From Lama glama (lineage: Eukaryota): 64,000 nucleotides of DNA. Positions 24,448 through 38,089 of the stretch are shown piece after piece. Each line of letters begins with the position of its first letter. The stretch's first letter is position 1. The position numbers were made by a program, and so were the translations under genes. Location of the stretch: contig CM052817.1 of the NCBI GenBank assembly GCA_028534125.1, forward strand, positions 52,206,001 to 52,270,000. Direction: 5' to 3'. The notes beneath the pieces are model-generated. The model saw nothing but the letters and a program-made list of their open reading frames with translations. It did not search any database and was not told where the DNA came from.

Positions 24448-25979
24448 TAAAAAAAAAAAAAGCTTCTGCACTTTGGCTGTCTCATTCCCCCAATCCTTGT
24501 TAAATTTCTGGCTGATTTTCTGGTCAATGGCTTGCCCTAGTCAGTATCAAGACATCAGACAAGCAGTGATGTTGGCCTTCTCTCATTATTTGCCATAGAG
24601 GTCCTGTGGGATCTTACCAAAACAAAATTTGTCTCTGTTCTCCACTTTCCCTTTTTTACTGAAGGCTTCTTTACATATGCCACTGTCATTTTTGCTTATA
24701 TTTAAGTAGTTGTTGTAATATCACTTGAATTAAAAAAAAACACAGGATCAGGTGTGTACTTACCAGGCCCAGTTCTATGAAATACTCAATATCCTAAACA
24801 CTATTTACAGCAAAATCTCCTTCCTTTTCCAGATCAAGGCTGGCTCCACTGGGGGTTATTTGACGTTTAGCTCATCCTACCCCGTCTTGCAGTTAATGGC
24901 CCCTCAGGCCATCAAAGAAAAGATAAAAGGAACATGGGAACAGAAATTTATTTGACGTAAGTTAATCTAAAGTGGTTTCACATTTTCTATCTGATTGCTA
25001 GTTGTTTTATAAAAAGCTACCATGTTCTCTTGTGTATGAGTGCATTCTATTCTTCCTTGCTGGGTCTACCTGTCACAAAGAAAGTACCTTTCCTTCAGCT
25101 GGCCACCCCAACTTCCAGCTAGTCATTTGAGTCTCCAATAGATCACCTCACATAGTCTCTCTGTATGGGGTTTCCTACCCACTTTGGCAAGAGAACTTCT
25201 GGGTGAACCTCTTAAGATGACTTCAGGTTGCCTTTTCTAATCCAGACTCTATCCCTGACCTGAAAATTTTCACTACTTTGATCTGTTGCCATGAGTCAAT
25301 ATGATAGCCCCTTATCGTTAGATTGCTCAGGCTCACACACATCCATGAGCAGAGCAAACGCATGCAAATGCTCTCTGACAGACACACAAGTTTCCTTCAG
25401 AAAAAATTCCAACTTTCTTAAATGATTCCTCAACACCACTCTCAAAGTGAGCACAAATTAGTTATTTACTTTTCATTTTATACTTTTCTTTCATAATAAT
25501 CTTATTAACATGATAAATGTTCTAATTACAACAGGAAATTTAAGGTGGTAAGATATGTACATACCTAGAGTCATTGTTACTTCTGGATCTGTATTAAGAT
25601 ATCCTTAAGTTCTCTTAGATAGAATCAAAGGCTTTTTTATCTTTGGGTTTCCAATAGTGCCGGCAATGTGACTTTCATGTTTCTAACATTCAATAAAACT
25701 ATTGAGGAATAAATTAAAAATTTAGTTATATTGTAAATAATTTATTTTGTGAGACAATCATGTCCATATCATCACTTAATTTCTCCTACATAGTAAAGAA
25801 ATGATCCTATTTATTGCTTATTTAACATATTAAACTACTGAGTTATGGAGAATTTCAAAGTTGTCAAAGCAAAATTAAAGGTTTCAAATATCTCTGATAT
25901 TCAAACAGATATGTAGTAATGATTAAAAACAAGGTTTGTGCCAAATGTTTATAAAAGTAGTACCAATGCAGCTATTTAC

Positions 25980-26165
25980 TCACTATGGCCTTGCCAAGTT
26001 GTCTCTAAGCATTCTAAGCATTAATTTCCTCATTTGTAATATGTACCTAATATTAATGCCTCCTTTATGGCATTTTTTCTCAGAATTCAGTGAAATGCAT
26101 ACATGAAATTATCATATCTGTTACATTGTAAGCTCTCAGAACATATTGGCTAGTAGTATGAATAT
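25980..26165 (+). mobile_element. MIR fragment
   Basis: 'tggccttgccaagttg...aatttcctcatttgtaatatg'. Confidence 0.55.
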
Positions 26166-26249
26166 TATTAATCCCTGCTTTAACAAGACATTTGCAAATG
26201 TGAAGATGATTGGTACAACGATCTTACTCTATTTCTTTATCAGTATAAT

Positions 26250-26690
26250 AATGATTGGGCTACTTTCTGTTGCTGGAATGAAAACTGCAACCCAAATTAG
26301 TTTAAGCCAAGAAAAAAGAATCTATTGTTTCACACAACTTAACAGTATAGGTATCCCTTTACGTTCAAGTGCAATCTAGGGCTCAAACATATTACCAGGA
26401 CTAAAATGATCTCTCGTTACTAATTGTTCCATTTCTTCAATGTTTGGTCAGTTCTTGATCCAAACATGGGCATGATGACTTTGAGTCAAATCCCCACATT
26501 CCTTCCCATTAAGATCTAGAAGGAAGAGAGTAAGGGTATTTTTTCCAGCTTTCACAGAAAAAAACAATGTATTGCAAAATGTTGCAAGGCTCCCACTCAG
26601 TCAAGGGACTATTATTTTACCATTTTGTAAGGTCAGGGGAGATTTCATAAACCAATTGACTCAGAGAAGAATCATGATTTTTTTCCCCCT
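26250..26690 (-). mobile_element. Old MaLR LTR (MLT1K/L-like)
   Basis: 'ctttctgttgctggaatgaaaactgcaacccaaattagtttaagccaagaaaaaagaatctattg', 'ctagggctcaaacatattaccagga'. Confidence 0.6.
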
Positions 26691-28329
26691 AAGTCAAAGT
26701 TTCGGGTCTTACTTAAACTTTCAGCTACAAGAACAGGTAAAATAAATGTCAAAATAAATTTTAACAGAAATATTCAGTTTGCATTCTGACTATGTCATCA
26801 CCTAAATCCCACACACTCAAGTATTTAAATATTTCAAATTGGTGAGACTATCTAATGTGTGAAATGAAGGAAATATACAGTCCTCATAGAATTATTATTT
26901 TACTTTTTTATTACAATTTTAAACAAAAAATGAAGCTATGCTTAAATCTAAATTAAACTGTATTATTTTACACCTGTTTTTAATGTCTCACTTCTTTCTT
27001 TCTAAACTGAAACATAAAAACAAATACTGCAATTTTGTGCTTTTTTGGGATTCAGTCAAAATAATATCATTGACTCGAAAGAAAACTGTAAGTGGAAACA
27101 TATACTTATATATAATATTGTTGATGAAAAATATCTAAATTTCAAATAAATACTTCTTGGTACTAGGGATTTGGTAGGGGAAAAAAAGGAGACAAGTTTT
27201 CTACTCCAAATAACCTGACCTGCAATTGATTAGGAATGTGAGATAAAATGAAAGGTACAAACAAAAAAGGAAGGTAATTTAAGAAAATAATGTGATAAAG
27301 CATGATAACAGGTTTATTATACATGAAAATTCAAGAACAATTCTAGGACTTGAATGACTCTAATCAGATACAGATAAAAATCTGGAAGTTGGTGGTGGAT
27401 TGGCGGTGGGCAGTTTTACCCCTTAACAGAGAGCACTGTGTATACAAAGTCTCTATGATACCATGCTTGAGAAGAAGAAAGCAAGATATGTGTCATCTAA
27501 AAGAGTAGAGCATGGTTATTCAATGAGGTGGTGAAGAACCTAATTGTGAAAGCACACAGAATAAACAAAGTGAAATATATTTTATTTTGGCAATGGAAAA
27601 CATTCAAACAAATTTATCATGAGACTGCTTTGATGTATATATGACATATATTTTTCATCTTCAACTGACAGAAGTAAATCATGGGGATGGATATTCTGCT
27701 GACTGCTCTACTCTTTGGGCATATAAACTCACATTAAATGAAATCAAGCTCAAAATTGCCAATGCTCATTGATTAAAATATATGGAGAGAATGTTTTTAA
27801 GGGTTTGTAAATTACTGAAAAAATAACTCAGAAGATCTGCTTAGGTAGTGGAGATTGCTGAATCAAGATAGCTTTACTGACATTCTTAAAGGAAAAATGG
27901 AAAAATTAATTGAGGTCCATAAAGAAACACTGATTATAGAAAAATTAGAGTAAATTAGAGATATGAGAGGTACATTGTGAATGATATAACAGCTTTTTTA
28001 AAGTGTAATTTGTACCTAATGAATTTTCACTCTTTGTGCTGATTTAAGAACCTAATATCCTCTAAAAATGCAACTTCAGGGTAATAATTTTATGACACAA
28101 TATTGGAACTGAACTCTTTATATATTAATTATGGCTGACTTCACAATGGACTGCATTAAAGCAATACATTTAAGCACCACCATATTCAAAAGTATGAATT
28201 ACTAAACAGACTCTGTCAATAGTGGCTGAAGTCCATCTTTAAGGATCAGATAGTGTAGTTTAAATACGTAAAAAAAGATTTCTTTGGAGATGGTTTATAA
28301 AATTCGGTGGCTTCCTTAACATCTTTTGT

Positions 28330-29260
28330 TTCCATGATGGGGATATATCTCCTTTAAATCAAACCAAGGAAAAAATATTAATCTAAGGTACCTCTTGGAA
28401 AATTTTATATTTTACCCCAGATATTAAGAGGGGTTTAGAGACTAGTATTAATAAAGGGTCCAAAACGATTAAGAGTGAAAGACTGTGGCTTAGCTGCCTA
28501 GCCTGGCACTTGGAGAACTATATTTCCACTGAAAATTGGGTGAGGATGCAGCTTTCTGAAGTTCATTTTCTTTTTAGAAAAGCAACCTGTCCAGAAGGGC
28601 TTCCCATCAGGAGGTGATTGGCAATCCACTATCAGTTGTAAAGGCTGAGGGGGTTGTTTAAATAAGTCAGCTCAAGGGCAGAATTACCTAGATCATAAAA
28701 GCTACTTCTAGAGCAGAAAGAGGGGCTCACTCAGAAGAATCCATGAATTACTCTAAAGGGAAAAGAATTAATGTTGAGAGTCTGCCTTACCCAGAAGGCG
28801 ACCATGCTGCGCTACATACAGATTGCTAAACTGCATAGCAATTAAGTTCTTTCCTATCTTTTACCTTCTCTTCTCCCCACCCCAGAGGAGCCAGAAACAG
28901 ATTCTGATGTTACAGTAAAGGAGAAGCATGCACCTGCTAGGAAAATAAAGAAGTTGTCCACGTGGGCATCTATCACAACTGGTTTTTCAGCCTAAAGCAG
29001 GCCAAGGCAGAGGGACAAAGAAAGCTATATACTAGATCAGTACGTAGAATTATGTCATGAAGATGGTGCAGCAAACAATTTAATTAAAGAAATGAGACTG
29101 TTCTTAGCAATCACAATGATCATAGGACTTTTACTATGTGAGAGGCAAAAAAAATTGTAGATTCTCAAAGCAATAGGGAAAAAAAATGGCCCTCAGAGCA
29201 GATTTGAAGCAACAACAAATCAAGATTTGAGTTGGTATTTCTAATTTCCCATTTGTACCT
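28330..29260 (+). mobile_element. Ancient Gypsy-type LTR (MamGypLTR/LTR85-like)
   Basis: GC-richer block. Its 3' part 'gaaatgagactgttcttag...aatgatcataggacttttacta...ggccctcagagcagatttgaag' matches the recalled MamGypLTR 3' consensus. Confidence 0.55.
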
Positions 29261-30159
29261 CATTTATTACCATAAATATATATATGTATACATATACATA
29301 ATGTACATATATGTGCTTTCTCATTCACTAGTATGTTACATTTTCATAGCTCATGCCAAAACTTGCCTCAGTGCTATACTTGCTGAAGTAAATTTAAGTA
29401 AGTAAACTGTCAAGAACTGAACAAGTGCACAGAAATATTCAGTGCATGAGGGAGGCAGAGTGATTCAAAGTTGATGTTGCCATACTAGGTTGTCATTACT
29501 GGTGATGACAAGCTCTATAAAAGTGGTCTTCTAGGACAATATGCAGGATAAACTGAATGCAGAGAACAAGCTGGAAGAACACTAAGAGGTTCCTATAGCT
29601 GTCTATGTAATAAATATTTTAAAATTAGAATGTAGAGAAACATTTTTGAAATAATAACAGTTTTATGAGGTAGAATATAGAATGTACCAGAAATAAAAAT
29701 AGAAAGATGACTCAAATCTTTGAGCCTAAGAAATCTGAGAACAGTTTGGTTCTAATGACAGGAGAACTGATAAAAGGAGTTGAGATGATGAGATTAATGT
29801 TAAATACAAATCACAATTTTAAACTAAAATCCTGGTTGTGTATTCCTTTGAAGCATTTACTCTTTTTCATTCTGCTCAATGGCTACCCTAGGTTAAGTAT
29901 ATAGAAAAATATGTCTTGAAAGTGATAGAGAGAGGACAGTAGGCTCTTTGTTAATTTTTTATGTAATTTCCCTGTTTTTGATGAATTTGCTGAGTATTTG
30001 CTTTGGTGCATGTGGCCGATGAACATTCTGTGTATAATACCGGAATTAAGTTGATTAAGTTAATATAAATTGCATTATCACATTTTTTACCCAATCACTG
30101 GGCATCAGAGCAGGTATTTTAAAATATGCTTTATTTAGTGATAATTTCTTTAAAATAAA

Positions 30160-31270
30160 CTTGATGCATTTGAAAGTTTAGACTCTGATAAGTTTTGATC
30201 TAATATGTCAAAATCACAAAATCACAGCTACAATCAAGGTATGGAATGTTTCCATCACTTCCCCCAGCGCCTTCATGCCTCTTTATACTCCCTTCTCTCC
30301 CTCCCCTTGTTGGCCCCAGACAAATACGTATCTGATTTTTACTATTGCATATTAGTTTGCATTTTTTGAATTCTAAAAAAATGGAATTATGTGTTATATA
30401 GTCTTTGTTTCTGAAATATTTTACTCCATATAATAATTTTAGATTAACCAATGCTGTTGCATAGACCAACAGTTTGTTGTGTTATTGCTTTGTTCTTTTT
30501 AAATTACTAAATAGTAATTCACTATATGGATATATTACAAGTTTTTAATCTTTTCATCATTATTGGATAATTAAATTGTCTTCAGAATTTGTTTTCCTAA
30601 AAAAAGGTATGTTATACTTTCATGTTCAAATTTTTTGGTGGATGTATGCTTTCAGTTATTTTGGCTAAATAAGAGGAGTGGAATAATTGGCTTGGATTTT
30701 AGGTAAATTTTTAATTTTATAAGAATGTGCCAAATCTTTTCCCAAAATAGTTGTATTGTTTTGCATATTCAACAGTGGTGTATTGGAGTTTGTTTTTCTA
30801 CAGCTTTGTTATTTTAATGGTTGTTTTCTGGTATTTAATTGTCATTTTAATTTTCATTTGTTTGATAGCTAATGATGTTGAGCATTTCTGATGTGATTAT
30901 TGGCTGTTTATTTATATTCTCCTTCAAATTATCTGTTCAAAATTTTGCCAATTATTAAGTTTTATTTGTATTATTATTAAGTTTCAAGAATCATTCACAT
31001 ACTGTATATATATTTCTTATCAGGTATACCATTTGCAAATAAATTTTCCCATTCTGTGGCTTATACTTTTTTTTCTCAAAATGTCTTTTGCTGAAAAAAT
31101 GTTTTTAATTTCATGAAGGCAATTTATCAGGATTTGCTTTCATTTTTAAATAATGTTTGCTTTTTATAAAACAAATATTTACCAATGGTGATATCAAGAG
31201 ACTATACTAAGTTATCTTCTATGAGTTTCACAGCTTTAGTTTTTACACTTGTATCAGTGATTCATGACAC
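30160..31270 (-). mobile_element. Old L1M (L1MC/MD/ME-like) 3' region
   Basis: 'cagctacaatcaaggtatggaatgtttccatcacttcccc', 'atggaattatgtgttatatagtctttg', 'gctaatgatgttgagcatt'. Confidence 0.8.
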
Positions 31271-31582
31271 TAAATTCTCATCTCACACCTAACACTGAGC
31301 ATCTTCCTTGTGTGCATTAACTGCTAGAAATTTGATTAGAATTCAGTAATATTTCAGGAACTCAGTCATTATGAATAACTACATTTGACTATTTTCTGCT
31401 GCTTTCCTTCCATAATTTGACTTTTCATTTTCAGATATTTTGCTGCCCATACTAGGGCATAGTACAAAAAAACTCAGCTGACTGTATTTGAGATGGGAAA
31501 CCTACAGAGTCATAATGCTATTTTGAGTGGACTTTCTCTTTTGGTGTCACTTTTACATTTTAACCTATTTATTATGTCTTCC

Positions 31583-32010
31583 TGTGGCAGCCATGAACTT
31601 GCAGTGCTCAGATGCCTGCTATGGAGCACAGACGCCTGGCAGCTCCTGTCCCTCTAAATCCATGACAGTCACCCTAAGCCTGCATACTCCGTGGGGTATT
31701 CCCAGCCAGTAGTTTAGCACAGCCACCTTAGTAGTGGCAGTTCATTCAAATGGACCATGAAACTTGAATAATGGGTAACTTTGGTTCTGGTCCCTGCATT
31801 AGTTTAGCTACAATTTTCAGAATTTGTGCTGAAGTATGAGAATCTTTCTACCCAATTCTCATTCCTGCAGCCTCCCCAATTAGAGATGTCATACCTGCAT
31901 TAGAGTCTGAAAGCTATCCTTCCAACTCCTTCTCTCTAACCTTTGTTCTCCACAGAAGTTTCCTACAATAAATGTCTTGCAATCCCATCCCATCTTGGCA
32001 TCTGTTTCTT
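31583..32010 (+). mobile_element. ERVL solo LTR (LTR16-like)
   Basis: Starts tgtggcagccatg. Ends 'caataaatgtcttgca...catcttggcatctgtttcttagaggacccaaaccaa'. Confidence 0.8.
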
Positions 32011-33084
32011 AGAGGACCCAAACCAAAGCCCTGCTACTGAAGCAAAGTGTTGTGTGTTACCTGTGTGTATGTGGGTGTTAGTGGTACTGCAGTTAAAATG
32101 CATACCATGCACGGAAAAAAAACACTGTTCCTTTGACAGGTTGGCCATATAAAATCGTTGCTAAATAAAATTAAACTTACACTAATATATTTCAGTCATT
32201 TATAACATTCCAAATCTTTTTCTAAAAAGGTCAAAATAAGGAAACAGAAATTAGTAGGAGAGATAAAAATAAATTCCAAAGGAAGTGAAGCCAAACCACT
32301 AATTTAACCTTTTATTTCTTTCCAACATTTTTATCATGTCCTAAATAATGAAAGATGTCCTAAATAATAAAAATACTATTAATGGGATGACTCTTGACAT
32401 TGTTGTCTACATGCTTTTGAAAACTTTAGTTGGATAATGATGGTCAACAATAAGATCAAAATATCTCTTCCACATATTGATTATCTGCGTAATATGTGCA
32501 GCTTCAAATAATACCATGTATTCTAGAGATACATGTACTTTCTACATGAACTTAAGAAGGCCAGTATCACTTCTGCTTCCTTTCTAAGACCAATTACTTC
32601 CTCAAACTTTGAAATGTTCCTTTTTGTTAAATATTTTGTTTTCTATTCTATAGTAAATCTCTGCTGGAATCAAATTACTTATTGCTCTTTACTAAATGGA
32701 GTTGTTTTATATTCTTTAATTTTTCCTTTAGGGTTTTCATCAAAATTACACTTTCCCCTTAATAAAATTAGACTGTAAAATAAAATAAATTTCAATAGGC
32801 ATAACTTACTGCCTAAGGAGGTGAGGTTATCAAAGAATAAAAAATTTTTATGATACTTGCTTATTTTCTTTTATGCTTATATTTGCTATATGAAGCATTA
32901 TTAGAAAATAATAATGTGATTATGTACAAGAAATAATTGAAAACATTGGAAATATTTGTTGATAATTCGTTTCCCAAATATTCTTCTGTTCTTTGTTTTG
33001 TTCATGCTGATCTAGTTCCTTGAAATTTCTTACCTATCTTCTCTATCTGAAAAAAGCAAAACAAACAAAACCCCCCAGCCAATC

Positions 33085-33572
33085 CTCTGTGGCTGGTCTT
33101 ACTGTCCAGGATGACCACAAACTACTTGTCTCATTCCACAGGCTATTCTTACAATGAGATGTTATGCTCCTTTTATCTATTGGTGGATATATTGCTTCCA
33201 CTGGCATCTGGGCAAGCCTGTACCTACAACTTAAGTATATTATGTAATTTCCAAGGTCATGTCATAAAGGGCAACATCATCTACCTGCCTGTCTCAAGAT
33301 GCTCATTCTTGTGTCCCCACCCCTGTGATGCAGGTAGGCAAGAACAGCTTGCAAACAATGTGAGGGAAGCATCTTCAAGGTGACTCTCCCAGTTCCCAGT
33401 CAAGCCACCCCAACTCAGGCCATATGCAGCAGAGATAAGACTTGCCTGCTGAGTGCTTCCCAAATTGCAAGTTCAAGATCCCAATTGTTGATTATTGTTT
33501 TCATTGATAATTGTTAATTGTTGTTTGAAGGCACAGTATTGAGGTGCCTTATTATGCAGCAATATTACATGG
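33085..33572 (+). mobile_element. Old MLT1-type LTR (degenerate)
   Basis: 'gcctgctgagtgcttcccaaattgcaa...ttgttgtttgaaggcacagtattgagg...ttatgcagcaata'. Confidence 0.65.
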
Positions 33573-33580
33573 AACATCAT

Positions 33581-33931
33581 TGGGTTAGTCTGTTCGGGCT
33601 GTTGTAACAAAACACTACAGACTGGATGCCTTATAAACAATAGAAGCTTATTTCTCCCAGTTCTAGGGGTGGGAAGTCCAAGATCAGGGCACCAGTATGG
33701 TTGGGTTCTGGTGAAGGTCCTCTTCCAGGTTGCAAACTGCTGGCTCCTTGCTATGTCCTCACAGGGTAGGCGGCCACGAATCTCTGGACCTCTTTGAAAG
33801 GGATCCATTAATGAGAGCTCTGTCCTCATGACTCAATCACATCCCAAAGGCACCACCTCCTAATATTATCACACAGTACATTAGGTTTTCAACATATGAA
33901 TTTGAGGGACACAAAAATTCCAAATATAGAA
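33581..33931 (-). mobile_element. MaLR solo LTR (MLT1A-like) with 5-bp TSD ATCAT
   Basis: 'ttagtctgttcgggctgttgtaacaaaacactacagactgg...ggaagtccaagatcaggg...catgactcaatcacatcccaaagg'. atcat at 33576-33580 and 33932-33936. Confidence 0.92.
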
Positions 33932-34728
33932 ATCATCCTTCAATATCCAACTCAAATTCTTTCTCCTCTGTGAACGTTTTTGTCAAATCTTCCAAACTCC
34001 AATAAGGCAGTGCTACTTTGTGTATTGAAACATTATTTTCATATCTGGATCCTAATACTCATTAATATGCCTAGCTCTCTTACTATACTAACATGTTTTC
34101 CAAAGCATGCGTGATGACTTATGTAGTTGTGCCACTCTAGTGCATAACTCAGTGCATAACACATGGGAATTTGTAAGAATGCATGTTAAATGAAAACTCT
34201 AAGAAAATATTAATGAAAGTATAAATGATAGAAACATTGAATGATTGAATACATAGTTGTCTGACTCTGAATATCTTAATATATCTGAACGTTAAAATAA
34301 TAAAAAAATTTCCATTTGCCTTGCTTATTTATTGTTATATTTACCTTTGCTTTACTGTGTGACCTTGGCCCGTTTTTATGCCTTCATGTCCTGACTAATA
34401 CTAGAGTCTTAGAATTTAGAAAAAAGTTTGAAATGGCCTTAGTCCTCATCAAATTGTTTTCTAATTAAAGAAAAAAAAATACAGAGATAATAATAATTTA
34501 CTCAAGACTATATAGCTAATAAGCATAAAACCTAGATCCTTATTCTGAGCTAATATATTTCATTTTGCAACATTTCACTTCAACTCTCATATTTTATTGA
34601 TAAGGAAACCATAACCCAGAGAAGTTCAATAATTTGCCCTAGATCACAAAGATAATTAGCGGCAAAGCAAAACAAATTAGTGTTAGAAATCAGAATCTGG
34701 TCTCTAAATCACAAGCCAATATCTCATA

Positions 34729-35197
34729 CAGGCATACCTTGCTTTATTGAGCTTCACAGATACTGCATTTCTTACAAATTGAAGGTTTGTAGCAACTCTG
34801 CATCCGACAAGTCTATAGGCACTGGTTTTTCTAACAGTGTTTGCTAACATTGTGTCTCTGTGTCATATTTTTGTATTCTCGAAATATTTCAAACTTTTTC
34901 ACTATTATGTTTGTTACAGTGATCTGTGATCAGTGATCTTTGATGTTACTACTACAACTTGCTGATGGCTCAGATGATGGTTAGCAATATTTTTTTTAGC
35001 AATAATGTATCTTTTAGGTATGCTCATTGTCATTTTTAGACATAATACTATTACACACTTAAGAGACTACAGTATACTGTAAACACACCTTTTTATGTAC
35101 TGGGAAACCAAAAAATTCATGCAACTCACTTTATTGTGAGATTTGCTTTATTGAGATGATCTGGAAGTGAGCCTTCAATACCTCAGAGGTATGCCTG
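34729..35197. mobile_element. Tigger1-derived non-autonomous DNA transposon (Tigger1a-like MITE)
   Basis: Terminal inverted repeats caggcatacct...aggtatgcctg flanked by TA on both sides. Internal Tigger1 phrases 'gcttcacagatactgc...ttacaaattgaaggtttgt', 'actgggaaaccaaaaaattc'. Confidence 0.93.
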
Positions 35198-36544
35198 TAC
35201 GTCCATGGATTCTGTGTGGTTGTGGATAATAAATTGTTTCAAAATCTAAATCAAAAAAGTTCCTCAAATCTTGATATCTCAAGATGATCTTAAATCTCAT
35301 TTATTTTGAAACTTATAGTACTATTCTATTTCGCCAGTACCATTTATTTCACTGGTCTTTGAAGCACTAGCAAGTCATATAATTTTTCTTGGGAATACGG
35401 TGCTTCATTGATTTATGAGACTAAATATGTATATTTTCCCCGGAGTATAAGTAAAAAGACAAGCAGTAAGTTTGTTCTCCAATTTAAATTTAAAAATTTA
35501 CCTATATAAACTCATGAGGACTCATTTATCATTAAAGTATAAATGTTATACACAGTATTAAATAACAAGGCTTGTTGCCATCAGTAATGTGCTTTAAATA
35601 TCTTTGACTCTTTATTTACTTAACTAACACTATTCAATGGATTTCATGTATCTATATTATTCCCTAAATATTTTTGATTAATTTACCTATGCTTGCATTA
35701 GTTATATGTTCTGATTCATTTATTTCCCTGCTATTTCACTTTACTGTTCGGCATATGATACATAGAACACAACCTCCAATTTTTGCTTTCCTATTTGGCT
35801 TTTATGCTACGAATTACTTTTTGTGACATGTAAAATGTCTTGTAACCTTTGCAAGTTTTACTTGTGTTGGAATATTATCATTATTCTCCCAGAAAGTATT
35901 TTATACTTACCCTATCAGATCGCTTTAACTGTTGTTCTGTGCACTTTCTATCCTATTAAACATGAGTCATGGCCTTCTCTACACAGACACGATGAAATAA
36001 TTTTTAAGCCTATACATAATAAACCATGTTTTGCCCATCATCTTGATGTTCAATGAATTCTAAAAGTTTGAGAGGCTGCTTTGTGAAAATATTTGGACAA
36101 ACAACCTTGAAATAATATGAAAAAAAATTTATAAAACAAGAAAAACTAGTTTGAGTTTTATCATTCCAACAAGAAAAATGGTTTTAATTTTGAGTATGTT
36201 CTTTTCTGGTCCTTCTCCATAGCCATAACAACATTTTATATAATGATCAAACTATACTTATTTTGAAGAAAATAAAATACAACATTAAATAGTTTGGAAT
36301 TGTATTTTTATGTGACTGTTGTACAAAATCTTTTCCATATATTAATTCAGTAGATTTTAATATAAAAGGAAAAGATCTCTGACCAGCACTGATTGGTGGG
36401 ATACCTATAGGAAGCAAAATGAAATTTAAAATAATATGAAATAACACAGAAAAGCCAATATGCTTTCCTGAGATAACTGTGGTCATGATCATACTTAGAC
36501 AAATAATGAAGTAGTATATATTGTCACCAAAAATGAAAACATAT

Positions 36545-36740
36545 AATAGCCAAAAGCCATCTGTGTCTATTTAAATGTAATATTAAATTAATTGAAATTA
36601 AATAAATTTTAAAATTCAGTCACACAGGCTATGTTTTAAGTGTTCAATAGCTTAATATGTCTAGTCATCATTGTACTAGAGAGTACAAATTATGTAATGT
36701 TTCCATCAATGCAAAAAATTCTATTGAACAGAAGTGCTGT
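36545..36740. mobile_element. hAT-Charlie MITE (MER33/MER3-like)
   Basis: 'ttaattgaaattaaataaattttaaaattcagtcacac...aagtgttcaatagc...tttccatcaatgcaaaaaattctattgaacag'. Confidence 0.75.
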
Positions 36741-37021
36741 TTAATATAAGATCCTGTGTAGATCTCTACATCTTAAAATAATTAATTAAATAATTAAAGC
36801 AATTTCTTAGAATATCAAGGTTCTGCATATAACTCTTTTAAACCTTCTAACTCGCCAACTGAGCTCACAAGAGAAAATTGACTTGAGTGCTATGATCTCA
36901 CTACTATGTTAAGAATGAGTCCTGTCTACTTCAACACTATCCTACATGTGTCATTTGTACTGTGATTATTGCAGAATAACTTTTAAGTTAACTAGAAAAA
37001 TAAATTATCCATATCAACAAC

Positions 37022-37337
37022 AACATGATATTGCTTACATGTGGAGTCTAGAAAAGGGAGACAAATGAACTTGTCTACAAACAGAAAGAGACTCACAGAC
37101 ACAGAAAACAAACTTAGGGTTACCAGAGGTTAGGAAGGGGTAATTTGGGAACTCAAACATTGTGCTTCTGGGGGAGTGATAGAAATGTTAGCTATCTTGA
37201 TTGTGGTTTCATGGATGTATACATCTATCAAAATTCATCAGATTGTGCACCTGAAATCTGTGTAGAAATCTGTACAGAAATCTGTGCACCTGAAATCTGT
37301 ACAGAAACCATACCACAATAAAGGTCTAAAAAAAAAT
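37022..37337 (+). mobile_element. L1 3' end with poly(A), apparently chimeric 3' UTR
   Basis: 'atgatattgcttacatgtggagtct...gacaaatgaactt...acagaaaacaaacttagggttacc', then 'gtgatagaaatgttagctatcttgattgtgg', AATAAA and an A tail. Confidence 0.85.
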
Positions 37338-37749
37338 CGCCACGAAGCAAAACTATCAGAAAATATTTGAAATATTAAGAAATAGAAAATTTTTTCTTAT
37401 CTTCTGATTTCCAAAAGGAAAAACATTTCCCTTAAGTCACATTCTTCCACTTTTACCCATTAATTTATAACATTTCTGTAGAAGAAAGTGATTTATGTAA
37501 TGGGAATGAGAACTGAAAGGGAACAGGAGAATTAGTCTTTTCCATTTCTCCTTAATGCCATCTTTATTTTGGTTTGTACAGATCTTTCTTCTCATCAGTT
37601 AATATCAAGCATGGTAAGAGAGTTAAGCCAATCAGTTACTGCCTTCTGAATATTATCTTTTCTTGACCTACTTCTAAGAGCAATATTTCAGTAGGTATCA
37701 AAGACTGAGGAGTCTTCTAAACAATATCCCACAGTTTTTAGTAATAAAA

Positions 37750-37990
37750 AATGACAAGCATATTCTAGTATGTGTGTAGAAATTTAAAGGTCCTAGAACA
37801 GCTAAATTATTCTGAAAAAGAACAAAGTTGGAAGACTTAAACTTCATGCTTTCAAGTTGCTGTTTGTATTGACACAATTATAGAAATACAGCAATGGAAA
37901 AGAAGAAAAAAAGACCAGAAATATAACCATATATGTGCATTCAATTATTTTACGAGAAAGGGACCAAGTTTATTCAATGATGAAAGGTGA
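37750..37990 (+). mobile_element. Old L1M ORF2 fragment
   Basis: 'aaaggtcctagaacagctaaa...gaaaaagaacaaagttggaagactta', 'ccagaaatataaccatatatgtgcattcaatt'. Confidence 0.75.
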
Positions 37991-38089
37991 AGGAAAACAA
38001 AACCAAAAAAACCTAGACCAGCATTTCTCAAACTTCTCTTTTAATTATCATTCTCCTTCCAATTATAAAGTATCTTATTTTTTCCTAAT

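Noticed and set aside
33473..33829. 118-aa minus-strand ORF
   Set aside because: Lies within MLT1 LTR sequence; no protein family similarity recognised.
37245..37307. Short repeated units (gaaatctgt) resembling an array
   Set aside because: Local slippage duplication inside an L1 tail; no repeat-spacer structure, and this is a mammalian genome, so not CRISPR.
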